Source: a bacterium (lineage in GTDB: Bacteria; SAR324; XYD2-FULL-50-16; G965216635). From it: 64,000 nt of DNA. Positions 50,549 through 59,269 of the stretch are shown here, one piece after another (the first letter of the stretch is position 1; each line of letters starts with the position of its first letter). The translations under genes and the position numbers were made by a program. Below the pieces are notes generated by a model. It did no database searches, was not told the DNA's origin, and saw only the letters and a list, made by a program, of their open reading frames with translations. The stretch covers positions 1,856,001-1,920,000 of the forward strand of contig OZ244188.1 in NCBI GenBank assembly GCA_965216635.1, in the 5' to 3' direction.

Positions 50549-50646
50549 ATTTTTTTAATAAACTATTAAACTACAAACACTATGACTGGGTTTAGGTGTT
50601 ATGCTTAAAAATACTACACACAGTAAAAAACAAAATGAATCAATTA

Positions 50647-51512
50647 TGAAAAAAAAAATATTTATTATTGGACTACTATTTTTCAGTTTAGGATTGTCTA
50701 GTCTTTATGCAGATCAAATTAGCGACTGCTTGGAATTAGAGACACTAAAAGCAGAAAAGTATGATAACATCGCTCCCAAAAAAATCGCAGAAATTTCAAA
50801 GAAAATTTGTAGCATTAGAGCAAAATTAGGCTGGGACACTGATATTGCCAATGATTTTTATGCTTGTATGAAATCGGAAAGAGCTGGCAAAAATAAAGCA
50901 ATAGCCTACCCAGAGTTAGTAGAAGACTCCCTTGAAGTTTGTAATTTAAAATTAGAAGCACAAAAAGACATTCAAAAAACAAAAGAAGAACAAGAAGAAA
51001 AAGAACATCAAAAACAACTACTCCAGATAGATAAAAAAAATAGAAGAGAAAAAGAATTAACACAAAGAAAAAAAACTGAAAAACACAATCTAGAAATTTT
51101 GTGTGGTTTGGGATATCAAAAACAAGGGAATACTACAGTTTTTAAAAACGCCAATGGCGATTTTATTTTATCGCCAGCAGTCTCAGAAAACACAAATAAA
51201 AAATACTGGTTTGATATAAGAAAAGTTAATTTAAAAAAAATCAATTCAAAATCCATACTTATCGTTCGGATTGTTCCAGACTTATTTGTGATTGAAAAAA
51301 TTGCATCTTTATCATCCTTACTATCAAAACAAGTAATGGATAACCGCCCACATTCTGGTGATGTTTGGGGAATTTATATTGAAATGGATAAAAATTTAAA
51401 TATTGCACATTTATTCAACATTAAAAATACAACTGATAGAATAGAACTACCTTTAATTGAAAAGACAAATATAAATGAAGCTTTTAGTAAGGTAAAAAAC
51501 AACATAGAATAA
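50647..51512 (+). CDS. Hypothetical, apparently chimeric protein with signal peptide
   Basis: MKKKIFIIGLLFFSLGLSSLYA, Cys-containing helical/coiled region, then an unrelated globular C-terminus. Confidence 0.6.
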
Positions 51513-51564
51513 TCATTCCAGCAGACCATTTTTAATTTTTTTAATAACCCATCACTAAAAAACT

Positions 51565-52332
51565 ATGAATAAAATTATACTCATACTATTAGCCTTATCA
51601 GTTTTTGGAAGCTGTGCTTCTATAAAAAAATCTTTTGAAGAGGGAAATCTAAAACGAAAGAAATATATATCCTGTATTGAAACTGAAAAAACCAAAGCAA
51701 AAAATGAAGGAGCTAGCACTCGCAAAGCACTAAGATTAGCAACAGAAAGTGATTGCTTTAAAAGCCCACTCATAACAGAAAGACCATTATTCCGATCTGT
51801 TTCAATTTCACAAATTAATTCAACAGCGACAATATCTACAAAAGTAACAGTTAGTCCTGAATGTTCTTCTTGTAATGCTGGAAGTTTTGTAGAAGAAGCT
51901 TTATTACAAGGTTTTAGTATTGGTAAGAGTGGTGTTTTTTTTACTACACTAACAGACGAAAATGGTAATAGTTTAGATAGCTTGATGGTTGACGGTGATA
52001 TTATTGGTTTTTTTAATGAGAATAGAAAAAGAGGAATATTTACTGGCGGTGGTTTTGGACTGGCTAGATACAGAACAAATTCAAATAGCATAGTAGATAG
52101 AGAAACAACTCTTATACAAGGTGCAAATAATATTTCTTATTTTGGATTTGTTGGTAGATTTAATCTTGGGTATATTGAAAGATTTAGTGAAAATTTTCAA
52201 TTAAAATTAGGTTTTGCTTATCAATTATACGAACTTTCTCGTAGGTTTAAAGAAGATGAAGATGAAGTTGCTAATAGCAAAGTAACTATTAACGCTTATG
52301 AGGCTTTTCTAAAATTTGAATACTTGTATTAA
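51565..52332 (+). CDS. Lipoprotein with C-terminal outer-membrane beta-barrel-like domain
   Basis: Lipobox-like FGSC; GIFTGGGFGLA, FVGRFNLGY, LKLGFAYQ, AFLKFEYLY. Confidence 0.65.
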   Translation: MNKIILILLALSVFGSCASIKKSFEEGNLKRKKYISCIETEKTKAKNEGASTRKALRLATESDCFKSPLITERPLFRSVSISQINSTATISTKVTVSPECSSCNAGSFVEEALLQGFSIGKSGVFFTTLTDENGNSLDSLMVDGDIIGFFNENRKRGIFTGGGFGLARYRTNSNSIVDRETTLIQGANNISYFGFVGRFNLGYIERFSENFQLKLGFAYQLYELSRRFKEDEDEVANSKVTINAYEAFLKFEYLY

Positions 52333-52353
52333 AATAAAAAAAACTTACTAAAA

Positions 52354-52462
52354 GAGGTCTTTAGAATTAGGCATTAGTCAAAATCTAGGCAAGGCAAAAA
52401 AAATTTCGCACCTGCTTTACCATTTGGCTAGCCGTCACATCAGCAAAATTCAAAGGTCTATA
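52354..52462. repeat. MITE-like palindromic element copy (inverted, internally deleted)
   Basis: Ends ...CCATTTGGCTAGCCGTCACATCAGCAAAATTCAAAGGTCTATA, the reverse complement of the 14238 start. Confidence 0.85.
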
Positions 52463-52550
52463 TTAAAGAATTAACATTTTAGAGAAAAATAACAGATTGA
52501 TTTATTTTAAAATATTCTCTAAAGTAGTATTTTTTCTAACATAAACTAAA

Positions 52551-52865
52551 ATGGAACCAATTACAGCTACAGCCCTTCCCAAAGTATTGGGAAGTTTAGG
52601 TAAAACAACGTTTGTTTTATGTTCTGAGAAAAGATTGGAAAAACAGGCGGATTTAACGAAAGAAGAAGTAATGGGATGTAATCCTAATCCTAAAAGATGG
52701 ACGGGTAACTCATTGGGTACAAGAACCTCAACTCTTAAGAGAATATATTTTAATAACAAAGAAGGCGATGCATTGAAAATATGTATATCAGATGAACTAA
52801 GTCCTAAATTGCCTCTAGAAATTAAAAATATAGCAAAAAACATATTAGATAAAATCTCAATCTGA
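52551..52865 (+). CDS. Hypothetical protein
   Basis: 104-aa ORF directly behind the same upstream block used by the MORN genes. Confidence 0.55.
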   Translation: MEPITATALPKVLGSLGKTTFVLCSEKRLEKQADLTKEEVMGCNPNPKRWTGNSLGTRTSTLKRIYFNNKEGDALKICISDELSPKLPLEIKNIAKNILDKISI

Positions 52866-52975
52866 TCAATTTTAAGATATATCTATTTTCTTCTTCCTCC
52901 AAATCTTGAGCCGATAGGTTCGGGTAACAATTTTTTTTAAAGTAGTATTTTTTCTAACCTAAACTAAAAACAACA

Positions 52976-53695
52976 ATGAAAAAAATAATTATACTGCCAA
53001 TGGTTCTACTAGCGATAGGATTGCTGTTTACTTTTACTGCTTTTGCTGAGGATTGTCCTAAAAATATCAGTTATAAAGAAATAACAGAACAAAAACTTAC
53101 TTGTCTAGAAAGAACTTATCACAAAAATGGAAACCTAGAATGGATTGGAAATTGGAAAAATGGAAAGTGGGAAGGAGAATGGAAATATTATAGCGAGAAT
53201 GGAAACCTAGAATGGATTGGAAATTATAAAAATGGAAAGCGAGAAGGAGAACAGAAAGGGTATTACAATAATGGAAAACTAGAACAAATTGGAAATTATA
53301 AAAATGGAAAGTGGGAAGGAGAATACAAAGAGTATCACGAGAATGGAAATATACGGAGGATTGGAAATTATAAAAATGGAAAGCGAGAAGGAGAAGGAAA
53401 ATGGAAACATTATCGCGAGAATGGAAAACTACTAGCGATTGAAAATTATAAAAATGGAATGCGAGAAGGAGAAGGGAAAGGGTATCACGAGAATGGAAAC
53501 CTAGATTTTATTGGGAATTTCAAAAATGGAAACCCAGAAGGAAAATGGAAAATTTATCACAAGAATGGAAACCTATGGGCGATTGGAAATTATAAAAACG
53601 GAAAGAAAGAAGGAATATGGAAAGAGTATGATTCCACAGGAAAACTAAAACTTTGTAAAATTTTTAAAGAAGGGATTCAAACAGATTACTGCTAA
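52976..53695 (+). CDS. Secreted MORN-variant (YwqK-like) repeat protein
   Basis: Signal peptide plus about seven 24-aa YHENGxLxxIGNYKNGKxEG repeats. Confidence 0.9.
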   Translation: MKKIIILPMVLLAIGLLFTFTAFAEDCPKNISYKEITEQKLTCLERTYHKNGNLEWIGNWKNGKWEGEWKYYSENGNLEWIGNYKNGKREGEQKGYYNNGKLEQIGNYKNGKWEGEYKEYHENGNIRRIGNYKNGKREGEGKWKHYRENGKLLAIENYKNGMREGEGKGYHENGNLDFIGNFKNGNPEGKWKIYHKNGNLWAIGNYKNGKKEGIWKEYDSTGKLKLCKIFKEGIQTDYC

Positions 53696-53782
53696 TTTTA
53701 AAACAAATCTCAACAAAGCAATTATAAAACTAAAAGTAATCGGAAATTTTAAAAAAGCAAAACTAATTTCTAAAAAAGAATT

Positions 53783-54111
53783 ATGAATGAACAAGAGTTG
53801 AAAGAAAAATTAAATTCAGTTGGAAAAGAGGTTTTTGTAGAATGCTTTTCTATATTCCAAGATTACGCCAATGATCGTATCTCAAAAGAAGATTGTATTG
53901 AAAAATTAATGCAAAAATACCCAGGTAAAACAGAATCTGGTTGTAAAATTTGTTGTGGCAATGCAGACTAATTTTTAAAGCAAATATGGAGTGTAGAGCA
54001 ATAGGGTTGATTTGTGACAGTCGGGAAAAAACTGAACTATCAGACGAAACTATTGAACAAGCAATGGCATTATCACAAGAATGTAAAACTAAAAAGCATT
54101 GCAAATTATAA
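53783..54111 (+). pseudogene. Frameshifted hypothetical protein
   Basis: ...KICCGNA continues in another frame as LIFKANMECRAIGLIC... Confidence 0.5.
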
Positions 54112-54209
54112 AAATAGGAATACTACTTTTTAAAAAAAATTTTAGTTTTTCTTTGCAATTCATAAGAGTAGAAGGAAGCAAGGAAAGATATAAAATATTC
54201 ATTCCGTAG

Positions 54210-55130
54210 ATGGCGGATACAATAATTAAACTTAAAAAAGATAATACTATGAAACAAGGAAGTTCCACTAGACCTGAAGTTGTTTTTTACCCAAAAAATG
54301 ATGTGAATGTTTTTAAAAAAATGATTATTGAAAGTAAATTAGTATATATAAAACTTTATTATGCTAATAGAGAACCTGAAATAAAAGAATGGAAAGCAAG
54401 GAAATTTAAACTTTCATCTAACTTTTATAATAACTTACGGGCTGGTCCTTTCAAAAGATGGAAACAGAAAAGTATTTTAAAAGCTGAATTATCAGTTGAT
54501 ATAAATTTATTCCCAACAGAAAATCAAAATTTAGAGAATTTTGCAGAAAAAACCTTAAAAGAAAGAGATGCAGAAATCGAGAAAAGGAAACTTCGTGATC
54601 TATTAGTATCACCAGACTATCAATCTAAAATCAAGCGATTTATCGTTGCTGACCTGCAACAACATTGGGATTGTGACACCATAGACGAGGTATTAGAACA
54701 ACTGTCTATTTCGTATATTATACCTAAAACTTTTGAACCATCAAAGCAACCTCATGCGAGTGTATCACCAACCCATAAGATAAAAACAAGCAAGCTTTCA
54801 ATTGATAAAGAAATTAATAAAGTTAAAAGAAAGTTAAATCGGTGGGCTCGCAGACAAACACAAATTAATGCTAAAATATTAAATGCCTTTTTGGAATTAA
54901 AACGCTCTGGAAATAAATATATAACAGAGAAAAACATACAAGATAAATTAGATATACCTACTTTTATAAAAAATTTCCCTAAAATGAGAAATATTGCAGA
55001 AAGAAACCATGGCAAAATTTTTGTAGAAAAAAATGGTTGTATTGAAATATGGGAGCCTGTTAGTAAATTTGTATCTGAATATGAAGTAACTATTTTTGGA
55101 AATAATATTTGTGATAATAAAACTACCTGA
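54210..55130 (+). CDS. Hypothetical multi-domain protein
   Basis: 306-aa ORF, no recognised catalytic motif. Confidence 0.65.
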   Translation: MADTIIKLKKDNTMKQGSSTRPEVVFYPKNDVNVFKKMIIESKLVYIKLYYANREPEIKEWKARKFKLSSNFYNNLRAGPFKRWKQKSILKAELSVDINLFPTENQNLENFAEKTLKERDAEIEKRKLRDLLVSPDYQSKIKRFIVADLQQHWDCDTIDEVLEQLSISYIIPKTFEPSKQPHASVSPTHKIKTSKLSIDKEINKVKRKLNRWARRQTQINAKILNAFLELKRSGNKYITEKNIQDKLDIPTFIKNFPKMRNIAERNHGKIFVEKNGCIEIWEPVSKFVSEYEVTIFGNNICDNKTT

Positions 55131-55187
55131 TGAGATATTTGCAGATTACTTTTTAATAAACCTTATATAAAAAAAACTTGCTAAAAA

Positions 55188-55397
55188 AGGTCTTTAAAAT
55201 TAGGCATTAGTCAAAGTCTAGGCAAGGCAAAAATTTATAAAAAAGCGGAGCATATCGTTTAAGCGAAATGCCAAAAAACTAATTCTTACCGAAAAAGGAC
55301 TGTAAGTAATTTTAAGCAATAAGACTAGTATGTGAGCATTTTTTATAAATTTTTAACGCAGCATAGATACAGTATAATGTCTAATTCAAAGGTCTCT
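55188..55397. repeat. MITE-like palindromic element with nested insert
   Basis: AGGTCTTTAAAATTAGGCATTAG...AATTCAAAGGTCTCT; the central palindrome matches the 47.7-kb copy but has about 70 extra bp. Confidence 0.8.
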
Positions 55398-55406
55398 AAA
55401 AAACTT

Positions 55407-56624
55407 ATGACTAAACAAAGGGTAACTTTCCAAAATAAATTTGGAAATCAACTAGTGGGAGATCTTGTTTTTCCCGTAGATAATAAGCCGTTGGCTTACG
55501 CACTTTTTGCACACTGTTTTACCTGCTCTAAAGATGTGAAAGCGATGACCTATTTGACAACTGCTTTGACGCAAGAAGGCATTGCAGTTTTAAAATTTGA
55601 TTTTACTGGGCTAGGAGCTAGCAAAGGAGATTTCGCAGATACTAATTTTTCAACGAATGTATTGGATTTATTGAGTGCAGCTGAATTTTTAGAAAAAAAC
55701 TACGAGGCTCCTAAATTACTTGTGGGACATTCATTAGGGGGGGCTGCTGTTTTACAAGCAGCTAGCGGAATAGAATCTGTTAAAGCTATAGCTACGATTG
55801 GGGCTCCTGCTGAACCTATCCATGTAAAACATTTGTTTGAATACAAGGAGGGTGAAATTAATGAAAAAGGGGAAGCAAATGTTTTACTAGCGGGCAGACC
55901 TTTTACTTTAAAAAAACAACTCATAGAGGACCTGCAAAATGCAGATCTTAAAAGTAAAATCAGTTCTCTAAGAAAAGCTCTGCTTATTATGCACTCTCCT
56001 TCTGATAACACTGTGGGAGTAGAAAATGCAGCAGAGATTTTTGGAGCTGCGAAGCATCCGAAAAGTTTTGTTTCTTTGGACGACGCTGACCATCTTCTTT
56101 TCAAAAAAGAGGATGCTCTTTACGCTGGACAGCTTATTGTTTCTTGGGCAAAAAAATACTTGCAAATTAAAGAAGTAGAGGAGACTTTCCCAGAAAAAGT
56201 CAACAATGTTTCTACGCGTACTCCAGCGGGTGGATTTCAAACCGAAATTAAAGTGCACCGTCACCATCTTTTAGCCGATGAACCAGAAAGCTACGGAGGA
56301 ACAGATACAGGACCTACTCCTTACGATTATTTAGGTGTGGCTTTGGGTGCTTGCACTTCTATGACTTTGCGGATGTATGCTGATAGAAAGAAATGGCCCC
56401 TAGAAAGTGCTACTGTAGAACTGAGTCATGCGAAAGTGCATTTTCAAGATTGCGATAGTTGTGAGGATAAAGGAAATAAAATAGATCAGTTTGAAAGAAA
56501 ATTATTTTTAGTGGGAGACCTTACCCAAGAACAGCGCGAAAGACTTTTAGAGATAGCTGATAAATGTCCCGTTCATAAAACTTTACACGCAGAGGTTTCG
56601 GTAAAGACTGTACTTGCTCAATAG
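55407..56624 (+). CDS. Bifunctional alpha/beta hydrolase - OsmC family protein
   Basis: FAHCFTC, GHSLGG, ADEP...GPTPYD, GACTSMTLRMYA, CPVHKTL; start trimmed to MTKQR. Confidence 0.92.
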   Translation: MTKQRVTFQNKFGNQLVGDLVFPVDNKPLAYALFAHCFTCSKDVKAMTYLTTALTQEGIAVLKFDFTGLGASKGDFADTNFSTNVLDLLSAAEFLEKNYEAPKLLVGHSLGGAAVLQAASGIESVKAIATIGAPAEPIHVKHLFEYKEGEINEKGEANVLLAGRPFTLKKQLIEDLQNADLKSKISSLRKALLIMHSPSDNTVGVENAAEIFGAAKHPKSFVSLDDADHLLFKKEDALYAGQLIVSWAKKYLQIKEVEETFPEKVNNVSTRTPAGGFQTEIKVHRHHLLADEPESYGGTDTGPTPYDYLGVALGACTSMTLRMYADRKKWPLESATVELSHAKVHFQDCDSCEDKGNKIDQFERKLFLVGDLTQEQRERLLEIADKCPVHKTLHAEVSVKTVLAQ

Positions 56625-56666
56625 TAATTTTTGAGATTTATGAATTAGTATTATTTTAAGAATTAT

Positions 56667-57665
56667 ATGCAATATTTTATTAGGAAGTATGAAAAAATAC
56701 AACAAAGATTTTACTTTTTTATCTACCTACCGCTTTATGTAATTTATTTTAGAATAGAAAGAATTTTTAAAAAATCAAAACAAAAAAAGACTAAATATTT
56801 GATTTTTAAAGCTACGGGAGGCTTAACTCATTTTCTCCGAGGATTAGCCCATTGCATAGAGTATTCTAAAAACACAGATCATTTTTTAATTATAGACTGT
56901 AAAGCTTCTGCTTCTTTTGCAACAGAATTTAAAAACATTTTTTACCTAATAGATTCGCCTTATTCTGAAGACTATTCTTGTCTTAGCGCAGAAGCAAAAA
57001 AACTTCTACCTTTTAATTTTTCTCAAAAACCAGCAGTGTATATAAACGATAAAACCTGTAAAGTAGCTAGTGACCCTGCTGTTTTTATAAAGATCAATAA
57101 AATTCAAACAAAAAAACAACTAACCCAAATTTATGCGGGCTCAGGTTATAGCATAAAAAGACATAATCGTATATTACTGCGTCATTTAAGAGTCCAAGAT
57201 TCTATAAAAAAAACAATCTTAAAACAACAGATTAAAAAACCTTATATTGGAGTGCATTTTAGAAATACAGATATGAAGCACGATATAGCTAAAATTCTGA
57301 AAAAAATACAAGCTTATTTACTAAAACAAGAAAAAATAGAATTGGTCTATATAGCTACTGATGATGGAAACTCCATTAAAAAATTTAAGCAATTTATTAT
57401 AGAGTTCAATCAAAAAACAAAAAGGAAAGTCCAATGTTTATACCAAAAAAATATTCCAAACCCTGAAATTGGGAATATACACTACATTCCAGCAGATAAA
57501 TTAAAACAAAAGTTTGGATTGAATAAGATAGATTTTCATACTCAAGTTTTACAGGATATTTTTTTATTGTACCGCTGCACTTTTTTTATTCCAAGCCTTA
57601 AATCAGGGTTGTCAATTCTCGTAAGAATTATGCGAAAAAAAAAACAATGCTTTATAGTTCACTAG
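56667..57665 (+). CDS. Putative fucosyltransferase-like (NodZ/O-FucT-type) glycosyltransferase
   Basis: GGL, YIGVHFRNTD, VYIATDD, D..LL..C...S.LS. Confidence 0.65.
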   Translation: MQYFIRKYEKIQQRFYFFIYLPLYVIYFRIERIFKKSKQKKTKYLIFKATGGLTHFLRGLAHCIEYSKNTDHFLIIDCKASASFATEFKNIFYLIDSPYSEDYSCLSAEAKKLLPFNFSQKPAVYINDKTCKVASDPAVFIKINKIQTKKQLTQIYAGSGYSIKRHNRILLRHLRVQDSIKKTILKQQIKKPYIGVHFRNTDMKHDIAKILKKIQAYLLKQEKIELVYIATDDGNSIKKFKQFIIEFNQKTKRKVQCLYQKNIPNPEIGNIHYIPADKLKQKFGLNKIDFHTQVLQDIFLLYRCTFFIPSLKSGLSILVRIMRKKKQCFIVH

Positions 57666-59014
57666 ATTCAACCAAAAAGATAGATATGACACAAAAGAAA
57701 AATTTCACCAAAAAGATTTTTGTGCTGGATACAAATGTAATTCTAAACAACGCAAACTCTATTTTTCATTACCCTGATGCCGAAGTTATTATTCCTCTCT
57801 GCGTTATCAATAAATTGGATGATTTTAAAAAACTTCTCAATTCTATTGGGAGGCACGCAAGACTTTTTTTAGAAAGAATAGAAGAATTTCAAAGTCAAGG
57901 AGACTTATCTAAAGGAATTTTATTAGAAAATAAAGCAACTTTACGGATTTATACGCCTCAGAAAATCTACCAAAAATTACCAAGTTATTTTGATACTAGT
58001 AAAACATCCACTCAGGTTTTGATGGCTTGTCTTTTATTACAAGAGGAAAATCAAAAGGTAAGTTTAGTGAGTAGCGATGTCAATCTTAGAATTAGGGCGA
58101 AAATTTTTGGCATAGAATCTCAGCCCTTTGATAATAAAGATATTGAAATTGAATCACTTTACGAGCCCATAGAAAAAATAGAACTATCGGATGCACAGTG
58201 GCAAGAATTACAAATCAGCGAAGCTGTAAATATTTGTCCGCAAAAGGCTTTTGAAAATAAATACTATCTAGCTCAAAGCAGTTCTCAAGAAAGGAGCGAA
58301 AAAGACTGTCTACTTCGTTTTTGGGGTAAATGGAAAAAATTAAAAAAAGTTACAGAGCATCTCCATATTTGGAATATTAATCCTAGAAATTTCGAGCAAA
58401 AAGCAGCTATTGATCTTTTACTAGATCCCAAGATTAAAATTGTATTTTTGGCGGGTAAGGCGGGTACCGGAAAAACTTTGCTTGCTCTAGCTTCCGCTAT
58501 AGAACAGCTCGTACAATTAAACCTTTATTCCAAAATTTTAGTAGCTAGACCTTTTGTTCCTATGGGTAGAGATATGGGTTATTTGCCGGGAGATATAATG
58601 GAAAAAATAATACCTTGGATGCAGCCTTTAATAGATAGTCTAGAATTTATAGCTTCTTACAACAATCAAAAAAGGCACTTTGACTATCAAAAAATGATAG
58701 ATAAGAAGTTGATTGAATTAGAAGCTCTGACTTATATACGTGGTAGGTCTATTCCCAATAGATTTATTTTGATAGACGAAGCCCAAAATTTGACGCCCCA
58801 CGAAATCAAAACTATTATAACTAGAGTCGGAGAAAATAGTAAAATTGTGCTGACAGGTGATCCCTATCAAATTGACAATCCATTTGTAGATACCTACTCC
58901 AACGGGCTTTCTTATGTGATGAATAAAATGAAGAATTCTGCCCTAGCAGGTTCGGTGTTTTTAGTAAAAGGAGAAAGATCAGAGTTGGCAGAACTTGCTT
59001 CTAATTTACTTTGA
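57647..59014 (+). CDS. PhoH2 (PIN domain + PhoH ATPase)
   Basis: FVLDTNV, GKAGTGKTLLA, YIRGRSI, DEAQNLT, TGDPYQID. Confidence 0.92.
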   Translation: MLYSSLDSTKKIDMTQKKNFTKKIFVLDTNVILNNANSIFHYPDAEVIIPLCVINKLDDFKKLLNSIGRHARLFLERIEEFQSQGDLSKGILLENKATLRIYTPQKIYQKLPSYFDTSKTSTQVLMACLLLQEENQKVSLVSSDVNLRIRAKIFGIESQPFDNKDIEIESLYEPIEKIELSDAQWQELQISEAVNICPQKAFENKYYLAQSSSQERSEKDCLLRFWGKWKKLKKVTEHLHIWNINPRNFEQKAAIDLLLDPKIKIVFLAGKAGTGKTLLALASAIEQLVQLNLYSKILVARPFVPMGRDMGYLPGDIMEKIIPWMQPLIDSLEFIASYNNQKRHFDYQKMIDKKLIELEALTYIRGRSIPNRFILIDEAQNLTPHEIKTIITRVGENSKIVLTGDPYQIDNPFVDTYSNGLSYVMNKMKNSALAGSVFLVKGERSELAELASNLL

Positions 59015-59269
59015 AAACCTATCCCAAATTTTCTTAAATACTTCTTCGCCTGATGCAGCAGACACAGAACCTGCTCGTATTTCAGAAAGTCGTTTTTTTG
59101 CTAGCAGAGCCCATTTTTTATCAATTTCAGTCAATGGACGAATGGGACAACAAAGCTCACGTGGAGGGCTTAGACTAAGAAGAATAGAATCTACTACTAA
59201 CGCCCTTTCTTCTACCTGAAGTGTCTCAGATTTTAAGAGAGCCTCTTCAATAAGTTTTTTTGTATTCAT
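59006..59269 (-). CDS. Addiction-module antitoxin-like protein (TIGR02574-like)
   Basis: L.VEERA.VVDSIL.SL...EIDKKW...AKKRL.EIRAG.V...GEEVF. Confidence 0.75.
   Translation of the reverse strand: MNTKKLIEEALLKSETLQVEERALVVDSILLSLSPPRELCCPIRPLTEIDKKWALLAKKRLSEIRAGSVSAASGEEVFKKIWDRFSK

Noticed and set aside
49651..55130. Intact tRNA-integrated prophage or genomic island with attL/attR
   Set aside because: No integrase or phage structural genes, and I found no distal copy of the tRNA 3' end, only the adjacent 13-bp duplication
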